Shown here: positions 10,701 through 18,626 of the stretch, piece by piece
How positions within the stretch are numbered: position 1 is the stretch's first letter
Layout: each line of letters starts with the position of its first letter
Virus record (IMG/VR): IMGVR_UViG_3300030090_006322
Location: 1-64,000 of that record
DNA: 64,000 bases
Source: a virus
Strand: one strand, 5' to 3'
Position numbers and translations under genes: made by a program
The notes under the pieces: model-generated
The model's database searches: none
What the model saw: the letters and a program-made list of their open reading frames with translations, nothing else
What the model was told of the DNA's origin: nothing

Positions 10701-11614
10701 TTCAACTGCGGAATGGTGACGCAGATATTCATATAGCTGGTATTAGACAGGGAACAAATGATGGTGATTTAGGTTTCTTTTTTGAAGGCTCTGAAAAAGT
10801 AAGGTTTACAAAAGATGGTAGTGTTGGTATAGGCTCAAACACACCACAAGGATTGCTAGATGTTGAAGCTGATACCGATCAAAATGTTTTCTTGGGTAGA
10901 GCAAGGTTTGGATCTCATGTAACCGACTATTTATATTTATCTCATTATGATAATGCTACTTCGACAAGTTATGCTTTAAAGCAAAGCCCTGCTGGATCTA
11001 CAGCTATCAATGCTAAAGCTGGCATGAATGTTAGCATGAACGTAAACAATAGTGCTGTTGTTTTTGTTAAAGGATCTAATAGTAATGTTGGCATAGGAAC
11101 AGATAATCCAGCAAACAAGCTAGATGTAGGTGGAGGAGTAGCTATTGGAGCGAGCTATGTTGGAAACTCTGCCCCATCTAACGGGGCTATTATTCAAGGT
11201 AACGTAGGAATTGGAACAACCAGTGCATCTTACGCGCTACAAGTAAATGGCTCTATTGTTGGATCTTATAAATCGTTTTTAATTGATCACCCAACTAAAG
11301 AAGGCAAACAGTTAATGCATTCTTGTATAGAGGGTCCAGAACACGCAGTATATTTTAGGGGCAAGAGTAATTTAAATGTAATTAAAATGCCAGATTATTG
11401 GGAGGGTTTAGTGGATCTAGACACTATGACTGTAGAACTCACAGCAATAGGAGCCAACCAAAATATCTACGTTGACTCTATCGCAGAGAACGGAGAGGTC
11501 ACGGTTGGTTCAAATACAGATGAACCTTTGAATTATTTTTATGTCGTTTACGGAGAACGTAAAGACATAGACAAGCTAGAAACAGAAATTATTAAACCGC
11601 AATACGCAGATTAA
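4733..11614 (+). CDS. Giant tail fibre/spike protein 2 (2293 aa)
   Basis: About 23 GxVGIGT repeats, with the same C-terminal domain as fibre 1 (YKSFLIDHPTK...CIEGPEHAVYFRG...MPDYW...YVVYGERKDIDKLE). Confidence 0.8.
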   Translation: MSNIVISPQSGVIEFNNNSPSGAAIGSATAPIRLDATGGNSFITGGNLGVGMTAPLSALHVYGDGGTAARIDNGALKIRYPGNNDAITITPSVGNEGRILASDPDTASPHPLKIAGDYVRITTSGNAAATEVARFTADGKVGIGITDPDAFLDVSRDNSNAGNQFVVADTEGTSAAIRTYTHGGDPAGLILNHYYAEAGGGNEYARYADFVSNVGNGAGTKIRFITKNAANNYFATTIDKNGSVGIGSSSPSYKLDVNGTIHGTSGNFETAITINGNPVITGSSASEGDTLQTVTDRGATTTNSIHLDSDSAQLQFGDANNMQISHNSAKGEINVAAGDFEIDSAGDIILDADGGDILIKDGGTQIGQISKDISSSNFVIKSSVSDADLEFKGVDGGANITAMTIDMSAGGNVGIGTSSPDGILNTSGGHVLFQGLNKGYVRVRTQRANTSDYANVSSSILTLNNYYATQEYGLYATNSNNFRIQQSGNDGYLELDTNDFTLSGIRLVCDIANQAPTNLAINLRDENADEVGFYSPATNEIGFVTDRTERMRIDNNGKIGIGTTSPADTLQVAGQVRIDGSTTDGLTVTSNAGASQGLLIYNNSNTDTASIINYYDGPLVLGQNNTEVMRLHSNGNVGIGSNSPTDTLTINQTADSNGIRINGYDDHSSSFAKLFVKSNGHTELSQSTNGADGYLKLSAENYLQLAAGTFVYTDDQFRIYDAGQLSLGNGADFFFKYDNSTDKLKIHSSTNDGITMDTAGNVGIGTNNPTGTLHVYNTNTTSDGDGTATMNATGQDSIVLYGHGGVDEATYGGISWMGGSTRRRAMITAVAENTDQDHLGLAFYTQGTDGPGDFSESMRITRDGDVGIGTTSVNAGIGLQVANGSLYVTNGIGYIKHLEAQYFGNGTELKLSAGQSADLKLMHYNTVDVTVKSDGKVGIGTTGPSGVLDVGGDGADIFLHSNDYKIARIQPRGTSADLDKGLFSLFSTTTETVRIDSAGSSWFNGGSVGIGTDNPQSYLDVKTQIRVRDSNSDSTHVLLDSNASEGRLRLNNGSNWGLIARGQANNPYLGAYEGGSLNIVGFSTSDGANIDHTLTQFDFGNQRVEIDQYTVGSNGSQSVYGKLSSFANSNTDNIFLGLKNGSYPNRGFAFRTVADGVNCDFTIYEHGLGSAEVFRITSEGYVGIGTDNPVYALTIGGNAIGSTGGLRINDPSNAAYGAHFSFADTPNEVHIGGITNNVYNDAIGIYRESTRTITIDSSQRVGIGTTSPSQLLDVNGDAAFAQYLYHQGDEDTNIKFVNDDFMINVGGATFFRATETTQNTIKLNSDNEDTDFYLYGNNATPALFMRGSDREIGINTTNPTASLHVVGNASINGASSDGVLTINNAAGSQSLRIDQNSIRTTTDNNLTLFSNGTSSQLVLENGGNVGIGTNNPAYQLDVINSDGGTLARFKDSDSSHAGLIIQGDTNGGSITNNTAFTSEVIYLQNSANAMRFYTDGTEAVRIDSSQRVGIGTNSVNGFTHINGRMLVESPTVPSTLAISDSGDATKNLRLGYEPTWDVGSISASDFGAGWKDIVIAPIAGKVGIGTTAPHQALSVKGTIVSYNSSYVQVAGITNSSDAGRLYANNAGGVTNVLLDSNGDSYLKGGDVGIGTATPDAKLDVEGSMQVKGDASWAGTDSQAGAIFMDTDGRGLLGAFSTNYARPLITANSNYIDLGSAGTSLINGFRFYAGSASSSVGTYDFYTSGSNNRLHIAKDGSVGIGSASPVQKLDVAGVIRSSVTSRIQADTYNNSANSANIIYRSSSKTIVGNNASALVIEDGGDVGIGTTNPVTKLEVQDSAGAPMLQLRPNAASTDLNPIILYRSQLDGSANYMLCEGTSTYFGTYHGGVPSDKSEMIRILPNSSDSPSLRIGDAGSTAANLQVGGNIKLLNNGASYINGGDVGIGTATPAQKLHLEFSNTDTSFAGGGGGSWGSEGLLIENTSSTADTMSIIQLRNGDADIHIAGIRQGTNDGDLGFFFEGSEKVRFTKDGSVGIGSNTPQGLLDVEADTDQNVFLGRARFGSHVTDYLYLSHYDNATSTSYALKQSPAGSTAINAKAGMNVSMNVNNSAVVFVKGSNSNVGIGTDNPANKLDVGGGVAIGASYVGNSAPSNGAIIQGNVGIGTTSASYALQVNGSIVGSYKSFLIDHPTKEGKQLMHSCIEGPEHAVYFRGKSNLNVIKMPDYWEGLVDLDTMTVELTAIGANQNIYVDSIAENGEVTVGSNTDEPLNYFYVVYGERKDIDKLETEIIKPQYAD

Positions 11615-11826
11615 TCAGCTTCTTCTTCAGGAGCATTCTCTAATTCAGCGGGTTCAGCAAACATTGGAGAACTTTCTACCTCTTGCGGTCCTGTAGGTTG
11701 ACCTGATACTTTAGCCGCTAAAGTAGCGCCAGCTTGAGCTACATTCAAGCCCCCAGCTTTAATTGCGATATCAATAAGTTGCAATAATGCAGAAATTTCT
11801 CCGTCTGTAAATTCAATTGTTTTCAT
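11611..11826 (-). CDS. Small hypothetical protein (71 aa, acidic tail)
   Basis: Fills the gap between fibre 2 and the GT; its stop overlaps the fibre 2 stop (TTAA); AT-rich divergent upstream region. Confidence 0.6.
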   Translation of the reverse strand: MKTIEFTDGEISALLQLIDIAIKAGGLNVAQAGATLAAKVSGQPTGPQEVESSPMFAEPAELENAPEEEAD

Positions 11827-11860
11827 TGTTTAAAAAATCTGTGTTTTGATATAATTATAT

Positions 11861-12547
11861 ATGCTCAATTGTATTTTTCTAGTGCCAATTGATCACAGAG
11901 GTGTTCAAGGCAAATTAATCAACAAATATCTTCAATTACAATCTTGGTGCGATAGAAATAATTCTGCCATTTTAACTATAAATGGATTGTTTCTTAACTT
12001 CGCTAGAAATTATTTAGCGACTGGTGGGAAAGGGTTTGTAGACACTTCGCCACCAGATGCCGAATGGTTGTTTTGGATTGATTCTGATGTTGATTTCACA
12101 ATAGAACAAGTGGAATATATGATGTCACTCCCAAAAGATAAAAAGTTTTTATGTGGCTGGTATAGATCTGATTACTCTGACAAAGCAATGGTTGGTAATT
12201 GGGATGAAGATTACTTTAGGCAAAATTATCACATGCCATTTACCTCTGTGAAATGGCTCGATAAACTCGCGGAGGAAGACCCAAATAAGCTAGTCGAAGT
12301 TGATTGGTGTGGATTTGGGTTTGTAAGAATGCATAGATCTGTATTAGAACAAATGAAGTATCCTTACTTCCCTTTAAATAAAGTATCAATTGAGGGGTGC
12401 GATGACAAAAAAGGAGGCACATTTGATCTAAATGACCTTAGTTTCGAAGATGTTAGCTTTTGTAGAAATTGTTACGAAGCCACTGAAATAAAGCCTTTAG
12501 TTGTGCCTAAACTAAGAGTCCCACATTTAAAATCATTTTTTGTATAA
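11861..12547 (+). CDS. GT-A fold (GT2-like) glycosyltransferase
   Basis: ARNYL, WLFWIDSDVDF (DxD), VEVDWCGFGF, SFEDVSFC and a terminal H are the motif set of phage GT2-like enzymes. Confidence 0.75.
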   Translation: MLNCIFLVPIDHRGVQGKLINKYLQLQSWCDRNNSAILTINGLFLNFARNYLATGGKGFVDTSPPDAEWLFWIDSDVDFTIEQVEYMMSLPKDKKFLCGWYRSDYSDKAMVGNWDEDYFRQNYHMPFTSVKWLDKLAEEDPNKLVEVDWCGFGFVRMHRSVLEQMKYPYFPLNKVSIEGCDDKKGGTFDLNDLSFEDVSFCRNCYEATEIKPLVVPKLRVPHLKSFFV

Positions 12548-12550
12548 AAT

Positions 12551-12557
12551 AGTGTAA
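12551..12557 (+). promoter_or_regulatory. AGTGTAA motif upstream of ORF 12582
   Basis: Intergenic, 24 nt before the ATG. Confidence 0.5.
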
Positions 12558-12581
12558 TAAATTATATAATAATATAAAATC

Positions 12582-13001
12582 ATGCCAACCGACGATACAC
12601 CAATTGAAGATCCTGAAGAGATTTTGGGAGATCCTATTCCTAGAGATGAGCCTTTTGTGGTTCCAGCCACGCCAGAACAAACATATGACTCTGTATGGTT
12701 AAGGAGTATTAATATTTACGCCCCGAACACTTCTGAAGCTGCCCCTACAGAGGGAAGTATTAATATAGAAATGTTGCCATACGATGGGGAGAACGAAAAA
12801 GTATTAGTAACTGCTGACAATGAGGGGGTTGAGTATGTCAACGTCCCAAATCGTGTCAACGGAAGAAAACCCTTTTGGCAGTGTATTGATGAAGTCCCTG
12901 AAGTCAAAGCAGCTATGGATGCGATTATTGCGGCTATCCCAGCTTTAAGAACTTGGGCTACTACACCTCCACCAGACCCTGATCCACCTACAGAGTTTTA
13001 A
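12582..13001 (+). CDS. Hypothetical protein (acidic, Pro-rich; possibly fibre-associated)
   Basis: Clean ORF near the fibre genes, preceded by the AGTGTAA motif. Confidence 0.65.
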   Translation: MPTDDTPIEDPEEILGDPIPRDEPFVVPATPEQTYDSVWLRSINIYAPNTSEAAPTEGSINIEMLPYDGENEKVLVTADNEGVEYVNVPNRVNGRKPFWQCIDEVPEVKAAMDAIIAAIPALRTWATTPPPDPDPPTEF

Positions 13002-13226
13002 TTACTCACCCACGGAATAAATGTGGAAATGAGGAGTGTTTCCTTCTTGGTAATCATTTTTGAACATCAAGCAGGGAACCTTTTTGCCGTCGATAATTAT
13101 CTCTCCAGATAAGTATTGTCTACCATTACTCTTGTTTTTTATCCAAAACGATCCGACTTTGTTCTTTGTCCAAGTTGATTTGGGCGAAGGTTGATTCAAG
13201 GAGTTCGATGAAGTCTCTTTTTGCAT
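13002..13226 (-). CDS. DUF736-like small protein
   Basis: VGSFWIKNKSNGRQYLSG...MFKN...PHFHIY resembles the DUF736-like pattern GAxWxK...G..YLS...P.Y.I. Confidence 0.6.
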   Translation of the reverse strand: MQKETSSNSLNQPSPKSTWTKNKVGSFWIKNKSNGRQYLSGEIIIDGKKVPCLMFKNDYQEGNTPHFHIYSVGE

Positions 13227-13335
13227 GGTGTGGTAATCTAGTGTATTGCCTCTTCAGCCTACGATAAACCCTTTTTGATACAGGGTCAATAGGGTTACAG
13301 ATTTTTCTAAGTTTTTTAGCTACTCTTTGGTTCAT
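13126..13335 (-). CDS. Small basic hypothetical protein
   Basis: Its ATG overlaps the GNAT stop (ATGA). It is K/R-rich and overlaps the downstream ORF by 101 nt. Confidence 0.5.
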   Translation of the reverse strand: MNQRVAKKLRKICNPIDPVSKRVYRRLKRQYTRLPHHAKRDFIELLESTFAQINLDKEQSRIVLDKKQE

Positions 13336-13790
13336 AGTTTAGCGATGTAAGTTTCAGAATCTTTTATAAAGCCCATTTTTTCATAGAAATTAGCTACTTT
13401 ACGGGCTTTGGGGTGAGCTGCCACACAGCTCATCATAACGTATTTAAATTCTTTTTCTCTAGCAAATTTCATGGCTGTTCCTAACAGTCTTTGGCCAACT
13501 CTAGGATTTTTAGAAAGCCAAATATATTCCGCAAAAATTTCCTCACCGAACTTCTCATTTTTATTATTTAAAAATGCGATAACGGCATCAAATTTATTTT
13601 CATTATTTAAGTTACCCCAAACAAAAAAATCCCACGCTAGGATAGACTTATCGGAGAAAGCATTAAAAATATATTCTTTATTGTGTTTTAAAAGAGCGTG
13701 TCCTTGCTCTTCATTTTCCATATCAAATAAATCAAAGATCTCATCCAAAAGCTTTTTAAATTCTTTAGGATCTAAAATGCGCTTAATCAT
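13332..13790 (-). CDS. GNAT-family N-acetyltransferase
   Basis: RVGQRLLGTAMKFARE (motif A) and VANFYEKMGF (motif B). Confidence 0.7.
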   Translation of the reverse strand: MIKRILDPKEFKKLLDEIFDLFDMENEEQGHALLKHNKEYIFNAFSDKSILAWDFFVWGNLNNENKFDAVIAFLNNKNEKFGEEIFAEYIWLSKNPRVGQRLLGTAMKFAREKEFKYVMMSCVAAHPKARKVANFYEKMGFIKDSETYIAKL

Positions 13791-14563
13791 TTATTTAGAG
13801 CGACAATGAGCTTTCGAGCTTCTTTGGCTGGAATGTCTGCGAACGAATCCCATTCCGCTGCCGATTCATTACGGTATTTGTCATCCTTCCATAAGTCTCT
13901 TAAAACCTTCTTACAAGACTCAAAAGAGTCAACCCCATGCTTTTCCCTAAGAGTCTTTTCGAGGAGGTCTACGGGGGTGATAGGAGTCGCAATAGCATCA
14001 GCCTCTACAGCTTGGCCAGAGCCTTGAGACTTGTCAATCTCATCTGCTCCGACAATGTGGATATTAAGATAATTACGAACACAACGGACAAAGGCGCGAT
14101 TACAAGCGATTGTTTCCAAGAATTTAGCACAGAAGTTATCTGTATTTGCAAGGGTGGCATTTGCGTAGTCTTGATAAACAACTTCGTCCTGTGTTTCGTA
14201 GTTTTTATTCCAACTAATTGTGCATTTAGCGGTGACATAACCATCTGAAGAATGAACCACATCAAAAGCCACAGTAGAATACCCGCGCATTTTAGCCAAT
14301 TCTTTAATTCCTCCAAGCATAATCAGAAGCTGTTTATCATCTAAGCCTTCTGTAGACGTAGGAACAGGTTTATTACGGACATCAAACCAGCCCTTGTTTG
14401 GATAAAGGAACTCTGGCTTAATCATAGCTCTCCAGTTTACTGTGCCGTCCTCATTAAACTCGTAGTCAACATTCTCTAACAAGCCATGCTCATTACGCTT
14501 GTAGGCATCGGGTCCATAGAATTTTTTAGCAGTCTTCTTTTTAGTAGTTTTAGTCGCGCTCAT
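13787..14563 (-). CDS. Rad52/Sak-like single-strand annealing protein
   Basis: GGIKELA...VTAKCTI...ANAT...LETIACNRAFVRCVRNYLNIHIVGADEI resembles the SSAP helix motif A-ET-RA-xxRA-LR. Confidence 0.6.
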   Translation of the reverse strand: MSATKTTKKKTAKKFYGPDAYKRNEHGLLENVDYEFNEDGTVNWRAMIKPEFLYPNKGWFDVRNKPVPTSTEGLDDKQLLIMLGGIKELAKMRGYSTVAFDVVHSSDGYVTAKCTISWNKNYETQDEVVYQDYANATLANTDNFCAKFLETIACNRAFVRCVRNYLNIHIVGADEIDKSQGSGQAVEADAIATPITPVDLLEKTLREKHGVDSFESCKKVLRDLWKDDKYRNESAAEWDSFADIPAKEARKLIVALNK

Positions 14564-15692
14564 AAATGTAGAAATGATCTGATTCGTTCCAATATTCAGG
14601 AGTATCTAATACTTTATTATTACTGTCAAGTCCTTTTTTCCAGTGAGCGTAACTTAAATATTCTTTACCTCCCTCAATTAGCCTTAAAGAAGACATAAAT
14701 CTAGCGTCTTCACTAAAATTACATGGAGCTTTTGTTGAGTCAGAATAAAGACTAACAGGTATATCAAAGTATTTATTCCTAATATCGTTTAAATATTTTT
14801 CTTTTTTTACAATCATACTTAAATTAATGTTCATATTTTTAAGTATATTAAAATAATTGTCGGGTATCGTGTCCCATTTTTCATCTATGAACAAATAAAA
14901 ATTACTTAAATTATGAGCAATTTTTTTTAGACCATGAGGTTGGATCAGATCTTTCGAAGAGATCATCACTGGGTATTTAAAACAATATTCTAAAAAAGCA
15001 TCTTCGTTGCAGCCATAGTCACAGCGAACCATTAGTCTTTGCTCTGGCAAAAGTCTTAAAGGGACAAATGAAGTTGGGATAACCTCCACCACAGGAGAAA
15101 GGAAAGATGGACCTATATATTTTGTTGTAAACCTAATTTTTTCTTTTTCTATTTTAAGATATTTTAAAACTGATTCAGCTATTAGTTCAGGTTTAATTGT
15201 ATCTATTTGTTTTTTAGGATCTTCACTATTAAAACAGGGTTTTTTGTCCCACTCTGGTTCTAGTGTGGTGTTTAACGAGCCACTAGAAAAAACAGGTTTA
15301 ACATTAGAAGCAAAAGCGTTACCACATAGTGTGACTGTTGGAATTTTTTTATGGCTAGATAACTGCGCCAAAGAACTATCGCAACCTAAGTGAGCCAAAG
15401 AGTTTGATAATACAAAAGCTTGCTGCTTGAATGAAATATCCAAAGCTGAATCTACGCCCTCTATTTTTTTATTACCTCCCAGTTGCACGATCTTTATTTT
15501 AGCTCTCTCTAAAAACGGCTTCAAAAGACTAATAACCACATCGTAATGAGAATAGGTTTTAGACGGCATATCAGAGGGTTGATGAATAGTTATATATTTA
15601 TCAAATAAAACAGGAAAGTAGTGATCTTTTAAAACTGGAGAAGATATTTTTACTCCTAAATTTTTAGCGTATTCTTCAATTAAATGAGACAT
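14550..15692 (-). CDS. GT9-like (heptosyltransferase-like, GT-B) glycosyltransferase
   Basis: YITIHQPS...SKTY, KIVQLGG and AHLGCDSSLAQL resemble the GT9 C-terminal domain (xDS..xH motif, with H replaced). Confidence 0.55.
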   Translation of the reverse strand: MSHLIEEYAKNLGVKISSPVLKDHYFPVLFDKYITIHQPSDMPSKTYSHYDVVISLLKPFLERAKIKIVQLGGNKKIEGVDSALDISFKQQAFVLSNSLAHLGCDSSLAQLSSHKKIPTVTLCGNAFASNVKPVFSSGSLNTTLEPEWDKKPCFNSEDPKKQIDTIKPELIAESVLKYLKIEKEKIRFTTKYIGPSFLSPVVEVIPTSFVPLRLLPEQRLMVRCDYGCNEDAFLEYCFKYPVMISSKDLIQPHGLKKIAHNLSNFYLFIDEKWDTIPDNYFNILKNMNINLSMIVKKEKYLNDIRNKYFDIPVSLYSDSTKAPCNFSEDARFMSSLRLIEGGKEYLSYAHWKKGLDSNNKVLDTPEYWNESDHFYIYERD

Positions 15693-17584
15693 TATCTTAA
15701 AGAGAATTGATGTTTATTTACACCATTGTGTAGATAAGAAATAGATTTCTGTGTTGTAGTGTGTGGATAAAAAACCATTTCAAAAAACCCCTCATGATCC
15801 GATACCCCCTCCATAGTTAGCTGATTTTCGATAATTGGACTATAAGGTAACAATTTATGAACAGCGGGATTATCATCAATAAAAGGGTAAAATTGAGGTT
15901 GTGTAAAAATATACAAGTTGTGTTTTTTATACTGCGACTTTAAGTTTTTTAAAAGAGCGTTAATAAGAAAAACATCCACATCACTATGCGGTATGACAAT
16001 AGCTATCTTTTTTGAGCCTGACTCTTTAGATAAAAGTTGCTCTAAATCAGGCAATTCAATCTTTTGTTTTTCTTGGATAGCTACGTTTTTGAAATAATTA
16101 ACTATGTCAACAGGAGTTTTGCCAGCTTGTAGTTGAGTCATCCAGTGTTTAAAACCTTGAGAGTTTTCGTCAACGTCATCACATAAAATATTTTTATATA
16201 TATCTATAAGGAACTCTTGATGAGAAACATAATTTTCCTTGGGTTCGTAATCAGGATTGTAATCTAAACCTTTCGACTCAAAATCATAATCAACAGGAGG
16301 CATATTATCTATTATATCCTCTAGCTGTTTGCCAATAACTTCGACGCTGAAATTATCTATAACCCACTGCCTAGATTTCTTCTCTCTAGCTACCCTTTCT
16401 TCTTTATCCATAGATTGGACAAGCTCTAATTTTTTAGCTATATCATCAGCAAAAGTAGATGCTTTGATGAATTGAGTCCCAGGTTCTCTGTATTCGCTCC
16501 ACTCTAAAGGTAAACCTCCAGATTCTGGAGAACAACTGTCTTCTCCACAAGAATAATTAGTCACAAGAGTAATTAACTCTGTAAGTTTAGCTTCTTGAAT
16601 TGGAATCTCTTGACCGCCACTAGTAAACGGGTGACAATATACATCCATCAAATTATAAATTTCATTTAATTGAGCATCAGTTACGCCTCTGCCTGTATTA
16701 GTCGTGTTTACTGACCTTTGACTACCGCAAGAGACGCATGTATGCTCTTGGCCCTTAAAAGGAGAAATGTGATATATCCCACATTTGTTACAAACATAAG
16801 TAGTTAGCACATCTTCTGGATTAATTTGTTTCTCCTTCATTAATCGCGGGATATCCCAACCCTCTGACCAATGGGTATGCAATAGAAGTTTTGCCTTGGG
16901 GTTTTTTTGTTTAAATATCTTGAAACCCTCTAAAATATTAGGAACACTTTTTCTTAATTGATTTCTAAAAACAAAGCCAACAATATATTCGTCAGACAAA
17001 TTAAATTTTTCTCTTATAGCTTTTCTTTTTTCATCACTAAGTCTAAAGAATTTATTGGTGTCCAAAGATCCGCGAAGGGTTTTTACATTATAATAACCCA
17101 TTTCTTTCATTGCTTTTTCAGCGAAAGAAGCCCAAACATAATAATGTTTGATTTTAGGAGCATACTCTATAGCTTGCGGTAAAATAGGCAAACTGTCTAA
17201 AGTAGTCCAAATCATTGTATTTACTTTATTCCACCAAGGTTTAGTATGAAAAGTGTTGAACGCCCAAATGTCTTCCATACCAATGTAAACATCTGGCTTG
17301 AATTCTTTTATAGCTTTATCTACTAATTTAAGACCATAACCTTCAGCTCTTTGCTGTTCAGGGTTTAGTCCTTGCATTTCATTGGGTGGAGGCATTGATC
17401 CCCTGCATTCCCAAGGAAGAAGTTTTGTAGCGGGATCTTCCCATCCAACACCGTTAGCTAATTCAACAATATTGTATTTGCCAGTCTCGTAGAGATATCG
17501 AAGAATATTTTTTTTGTTTTTGCCAAAACCTGTATAAGCTCGGCAAAAATTAGAATGTATTAATACAGTCTTTTTTTTACTCAT
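15692..17584 (-). CDS. GT4 glycosyltransferase with an inserted Zn ribbon and extra C-terminal domains
   Basis: TGFG, RNQLRK and LNEIYNLMDVYCHPFTSGGQEIPIQEA (GT4). Inserted CNKC...CVSC. DUF4214-like YKNIL...GFKHW segment. Confidence 0.75.
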   Translation of the reverse strand: MSKKKTVLIHSNFCRAYTGFGKNKKNILRYLYETGKYNIVELANGVGWEDPATKLLPWECRGSMPPPNEMQGLNPEQQRAEGYGLKLVDKAIKEFKPDVYIGMEDIWAFNTFHTKPWWNKVNTMIWTTLDSLPILPQAIEYAPKIKHYYVWASFAEKAMKEMGYYNVKTLRGSLDTNKFFRLSDEKRKAIREKFNLSDEYIVGFVFRNQLRKSVPNILEGFKIFKQKNPKAKLLLHTHWSEGWDIPRLMKEKQINPEDVLTTYVCNKCGIYHISPFKGQEHTCVSCGSQRSVNTTNTGRGVTDAQLNEIYNLMDVYCHPFTSGGQEIPIQEAKLTELITLVTNYSCGEDSCSPESGGLPLEWSEYREPGTQFIKASTFADDIAKKLELVQSMDKEERVAREKKSRQWVIDNFSVEVIGKQLEDIIDNMPPVDYDFESKGLDYNPDYEPKENYVSHQEFLIDIYKNILCDDVDENSQGFKHWMTQLQAGKTPVDIVNYFKNVAIQEKQKIELPDLEQLLSKESGSKKIAIVIPHSDVDVFLINALLKNLKSQYKKHNLYIFTQPQFYPFIDDNPAVHKLLPYSPIIENQLTMEGVSDHEGFFEMVFYPHTTTQKSISYLHNGVNKHQFSLR

Positions 17585-18063
17585 TTATCTCTCAAATTGT
17601 TGTTCTTTGTGAGCCTATGAATATAAAGCTCTTGGAGATAAAATTTACAAAACTCTAGGAGATTATAAGCCTCTGACATTTCGACACCTATACCAAATTT
17701 ATTAGCTGAATTACGAGTTACGCCAAAAGAAAATGCGGCGCTGCCGTCTTTCTTTTTATAAGGTTTAAAAGAAATTGAAGTTTTATTGTCTTCGTAAGAA
17801 TGAAAAGCTGAAAACTCTGTGTATTTTTCTACAGCATGAATAAAACCACCAATCTCGTTTTCATTTAACTTAATGGAAATGGATTTGTCAGGATCTTTAG
17901 CATTTTCAGAAAAAGAGCCTGTACGAGTTTTATCGTTCCAAGAATGTTGCTTTACAGCCCGAATGTAAACACATGGCTCTTGGTTTTTATTATTAGCTCC
18001 GATATCAAAACTAAAAGCACAACCTGTATTCTTTGAATTAGGTTTATAATACTGAACAATCAT
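17581..18063 (-). CDS. Putative Whirly/PC4-like ssDNA-binding protein
   Basis: SISIKLNENEIGGFIHAV...FSAFH resembles the Whirly motif F.LS..EIG.L.....EFFH; two beta-beta-beta-beta-alpha-like units. Confidence 0.45.
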   Translation of the reverse strand: MIVQYYKPNSKNTGCAFSFDIGANNKNQEPCVYIRAVKQHSWNDKTRTGSFSENAKDPDKSISIKLNENEIGGFIHAVEKYTEFSAFHSYEDNKTSISFKPYKKKDGSAAFSFGVTRNSANKFGIGVEMSEAYNLLEFCKFYLQELYIHRLTKNNNLRDK

Positions 18064-18102
18064 GTAGAATACTAAGCAACTAAGGCTTTTTTTCTACATA
18101 AA

Positions 18103-18624
18103 TTAATTTTTTGCTTTTTTAATTTGTTCAGGAGTAGGAGCGCCTTTGTCGCCTTTTTTACGCATTTTTTCACCAGAGCCGCTTTTAATTCTTTCCCTCT
18201 TTTTCCTGATGTTTTCCCAAAGACTACTGTCTGATTCTTTTTCTTTTAGAATTTCCTCATGGCGTTTCATAAATGCCTCATGATTCGGCCCAGCCATGTA
18301 TAGAGTTTTACCAGTGTCTGTTTTGTGGCTATGAAAACCTTTCAAACCTAGTTTTTTGGCATCTTTTAAAGCTTCTTCTTTTGTTTCGAAGTAATGCTTA
18401 TCTGCATCTTTTGCTGAATTACTAAAAAACATAAAGTTTTGTGTTTCATCCCAAGGGTTTGTCACGATAATAGACGCTTTGCTTTCAGCTTTATCAAACT
18501 GTGAAGCGCACACAGCAGCCCTTTGTTTAACATCTTTAAATTCATTTTTAGCCGTGAGATCAACCATACAGCGACTCATAAATTTGGATTTTTTTTCTCC
18601 GTCTCTAGGTGATGGTAGTGGCAT
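18103..18624 (-). CDS. Basic mosaic phage protein (probably virion-associated)
   Basis: Three small modules: MPLPSP...FMSRCM...AAVC; a DUF3721-like AKKLGLKGFHSH...YM; and SLWENIRKKRERIKSGSGEKMRKKG.KGAPT. Confidence 0.65.
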   Translation of the reverse strand: MPLPSPRDGEKKSKFMSRCMVDLTAKNEFKDVKQRAAVCASQFDKAESKASIIVTNPWDETQNFMFFSNSAKDADKHYFETKEEALKDAKKLGLKGFHSHKTDTGKTLYMAGPNHEAFMKRHEEILKEKESDSSLWENIRKKRERIKSGSGEKMRKKGDKGAPTPEQIKKAKN

Positions 18625-18626
18625 AC

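Noticed and set aside
2-11614. Diversity-generating retroelement TR/VR pair in the fibre repeats
   Set aside because: The copies differ mostly at synonymous positions of all bases rather than only at adenines, and there is no reverse transcriptase in the window.
18062-18099. Inverted repeat ATGTAGAA...TTCTACAT upstream of the Whirly-like gene
   Set aside because: AT-rich 8-bp arms with a 22-nt loop and no second copy noticed; could be chance.
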